Shown one piece after another: positions 63,296 through 64,000 of a stretch of DNA of 64,000 nucleotides. Under the pieces are notes generated by a model. The model had not been told where the DNA came from. It saw only the letters and a program-made list of their open reading frames with translations, and made no database searches. Made by a program: the position numbers and the translations under genes. The first letter of the stretch is position 1, and each line of letters begins with the position of its first letter. The DNA is from Pseudomonadota bacterium (GTDB lineage: Bacteria > Desulfobacterota > Binatia > UBA9968): positions 199,293 to 263,292 of the forward strand of contig JAJPJQ010000051.1 in NCBI GenBank assembly GCA_021324155.1, read 5' to 3'.

Positions 63296-64000
63296 TTGAT
63301 CACCGCCCGCACCGAAAGACGGGCCGCGCGGCGGATTTTTTTCGGCTGGTACATGGTCGCCGCGAGCGTCGTGGCGAACACGATCTTCTCGGCCGCCTAC
63401 TTCCAGGGCTTCGGCGTTCTCATTCTTCCGATCGAGCGCGCCTTCGGCTGGGACCGCTGGGTTATCTCGGCCGCCATGTCGCTGCGCCAGCTGGAGTCCG
63501 GCATCGTCAGTCCGGCCGTCGGCTTCCTGCTCGACCGCGTCAGCGGGCGTAAGTTGATTTTCTGGAGCGCCGTCATCTCCGGCGCCGGCTTCATCGGCCT
63601 CGGCTTTACTAGCGGCGTGGTCACGTTTTTTATTTTTTTCGTGATCATTTCGCTGGGCGCATCCGGCGTCAGTCATGCGGTCACCTGGCCGGTGATCATC
63701 TCGCGATGGTTTCGCCGCAATCGGGGCCTGGCCACCGGCCTTGCGGTGACCGGCCCGATCTTCGGCTCGCCGTTCGTCATACTCAACACGCAAATCGAGG
63801 AGGCCTACGGCTGGCGCGTTGTCCTCTTCGCCTACGGCGCGCTCGTCCTCGTCATTGTCACCCTAATCAGCATGCTGGTGCGCGATCGACCGGAGCCTTA
63901 CGGTCTCACGCCCGACGGTGATCCGCCCGAGGGGGGCGCCGCCGCGCAGCGCCTCGCCGGCGCGCCGTACAAGCGAGCGGATGCGGGACTGACGCTCCGC
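63296..64000 (+). CDS. MFS transporter (partial; runs off window)
   Basis: Manual translation RRIFFGWYMVAA...FQGFGVLILPIERAFGWDR...GFLLDRVSGR...RWFRRNRGLATG; TTG start uncertain. Confidence 0.85.
   Translation, partial: MITARTERRAARRIFFGWYMVAASVVANTIFSAAYFQGFGVLILPIERAFGWDRWVISAAMSLRQLESGIVSPAVGFLLDRVSGRKLIFWSAVISGAGFIGLGFTSGVVTFFIFFVIISLGASGVSHAVTWPVIISRWFRRNRGLATGLAVTGPIFGSPFVILNTQIEEAYGWRVVLFAYGALVLVIVTLISMLVRDRPEPYGLTPDGDPPEGGAAAQRLAGAPYKRADAGLTLR

Noticed and set aside
63075..63299. 74-aa plus-strand ORF before the MFS gene
   Set aside because: No RBS, no recognisable motif and atypical composition; likely a divergent promoter region

Overview
GC-rich bacterial chromosome segment, densely coding, with about 80 genes. 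There is no rRNA, CRISPR array, phage or intact transposon. The many SsuA/THI5(NMT1)-like solute-binding proteins, signal-peptide-bearing catabolic enzymes and OphD-like proteins resemble Candidatus Binatia (Binatota) deltaproteobacterial genomes; this taxonomy is inference only. Clearly recognisable features: tRNA-Val(CAC), a fluoride riboswitch with crcB, AOR, a MetE-like enzyme, a TAXI-TRAP transporter, mscS, pal, nfo, a peroxiredoxin, a LigC/Prim-PolC pair and an AAC(6')-I-like acetyltransferase. Most notable observations: (1) a long minus-strand run of exported enzymes ending in a Tat-signal ThDP enzyme plus a monoheme cytochrome c, and including four tandem secreted MBL-fold paralogues with rewired metal ligands; (2) a ~205-bp diverged direct duplication of a divergent promoter, enclosing a ~1-kb cassette bounded by REP-like inverted repeats (RAYT and IS3 remnants plus a cargo gene); (3) an unannotated attenuator-like leader RNA; (4) two tiny lipoprotein genes with matching ECF-type promoters; (5) sigma54-driven small genes; (6) a family of heptamer-repeat palindromes. 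All product calls come from motif recognition by eye, not from database searches.
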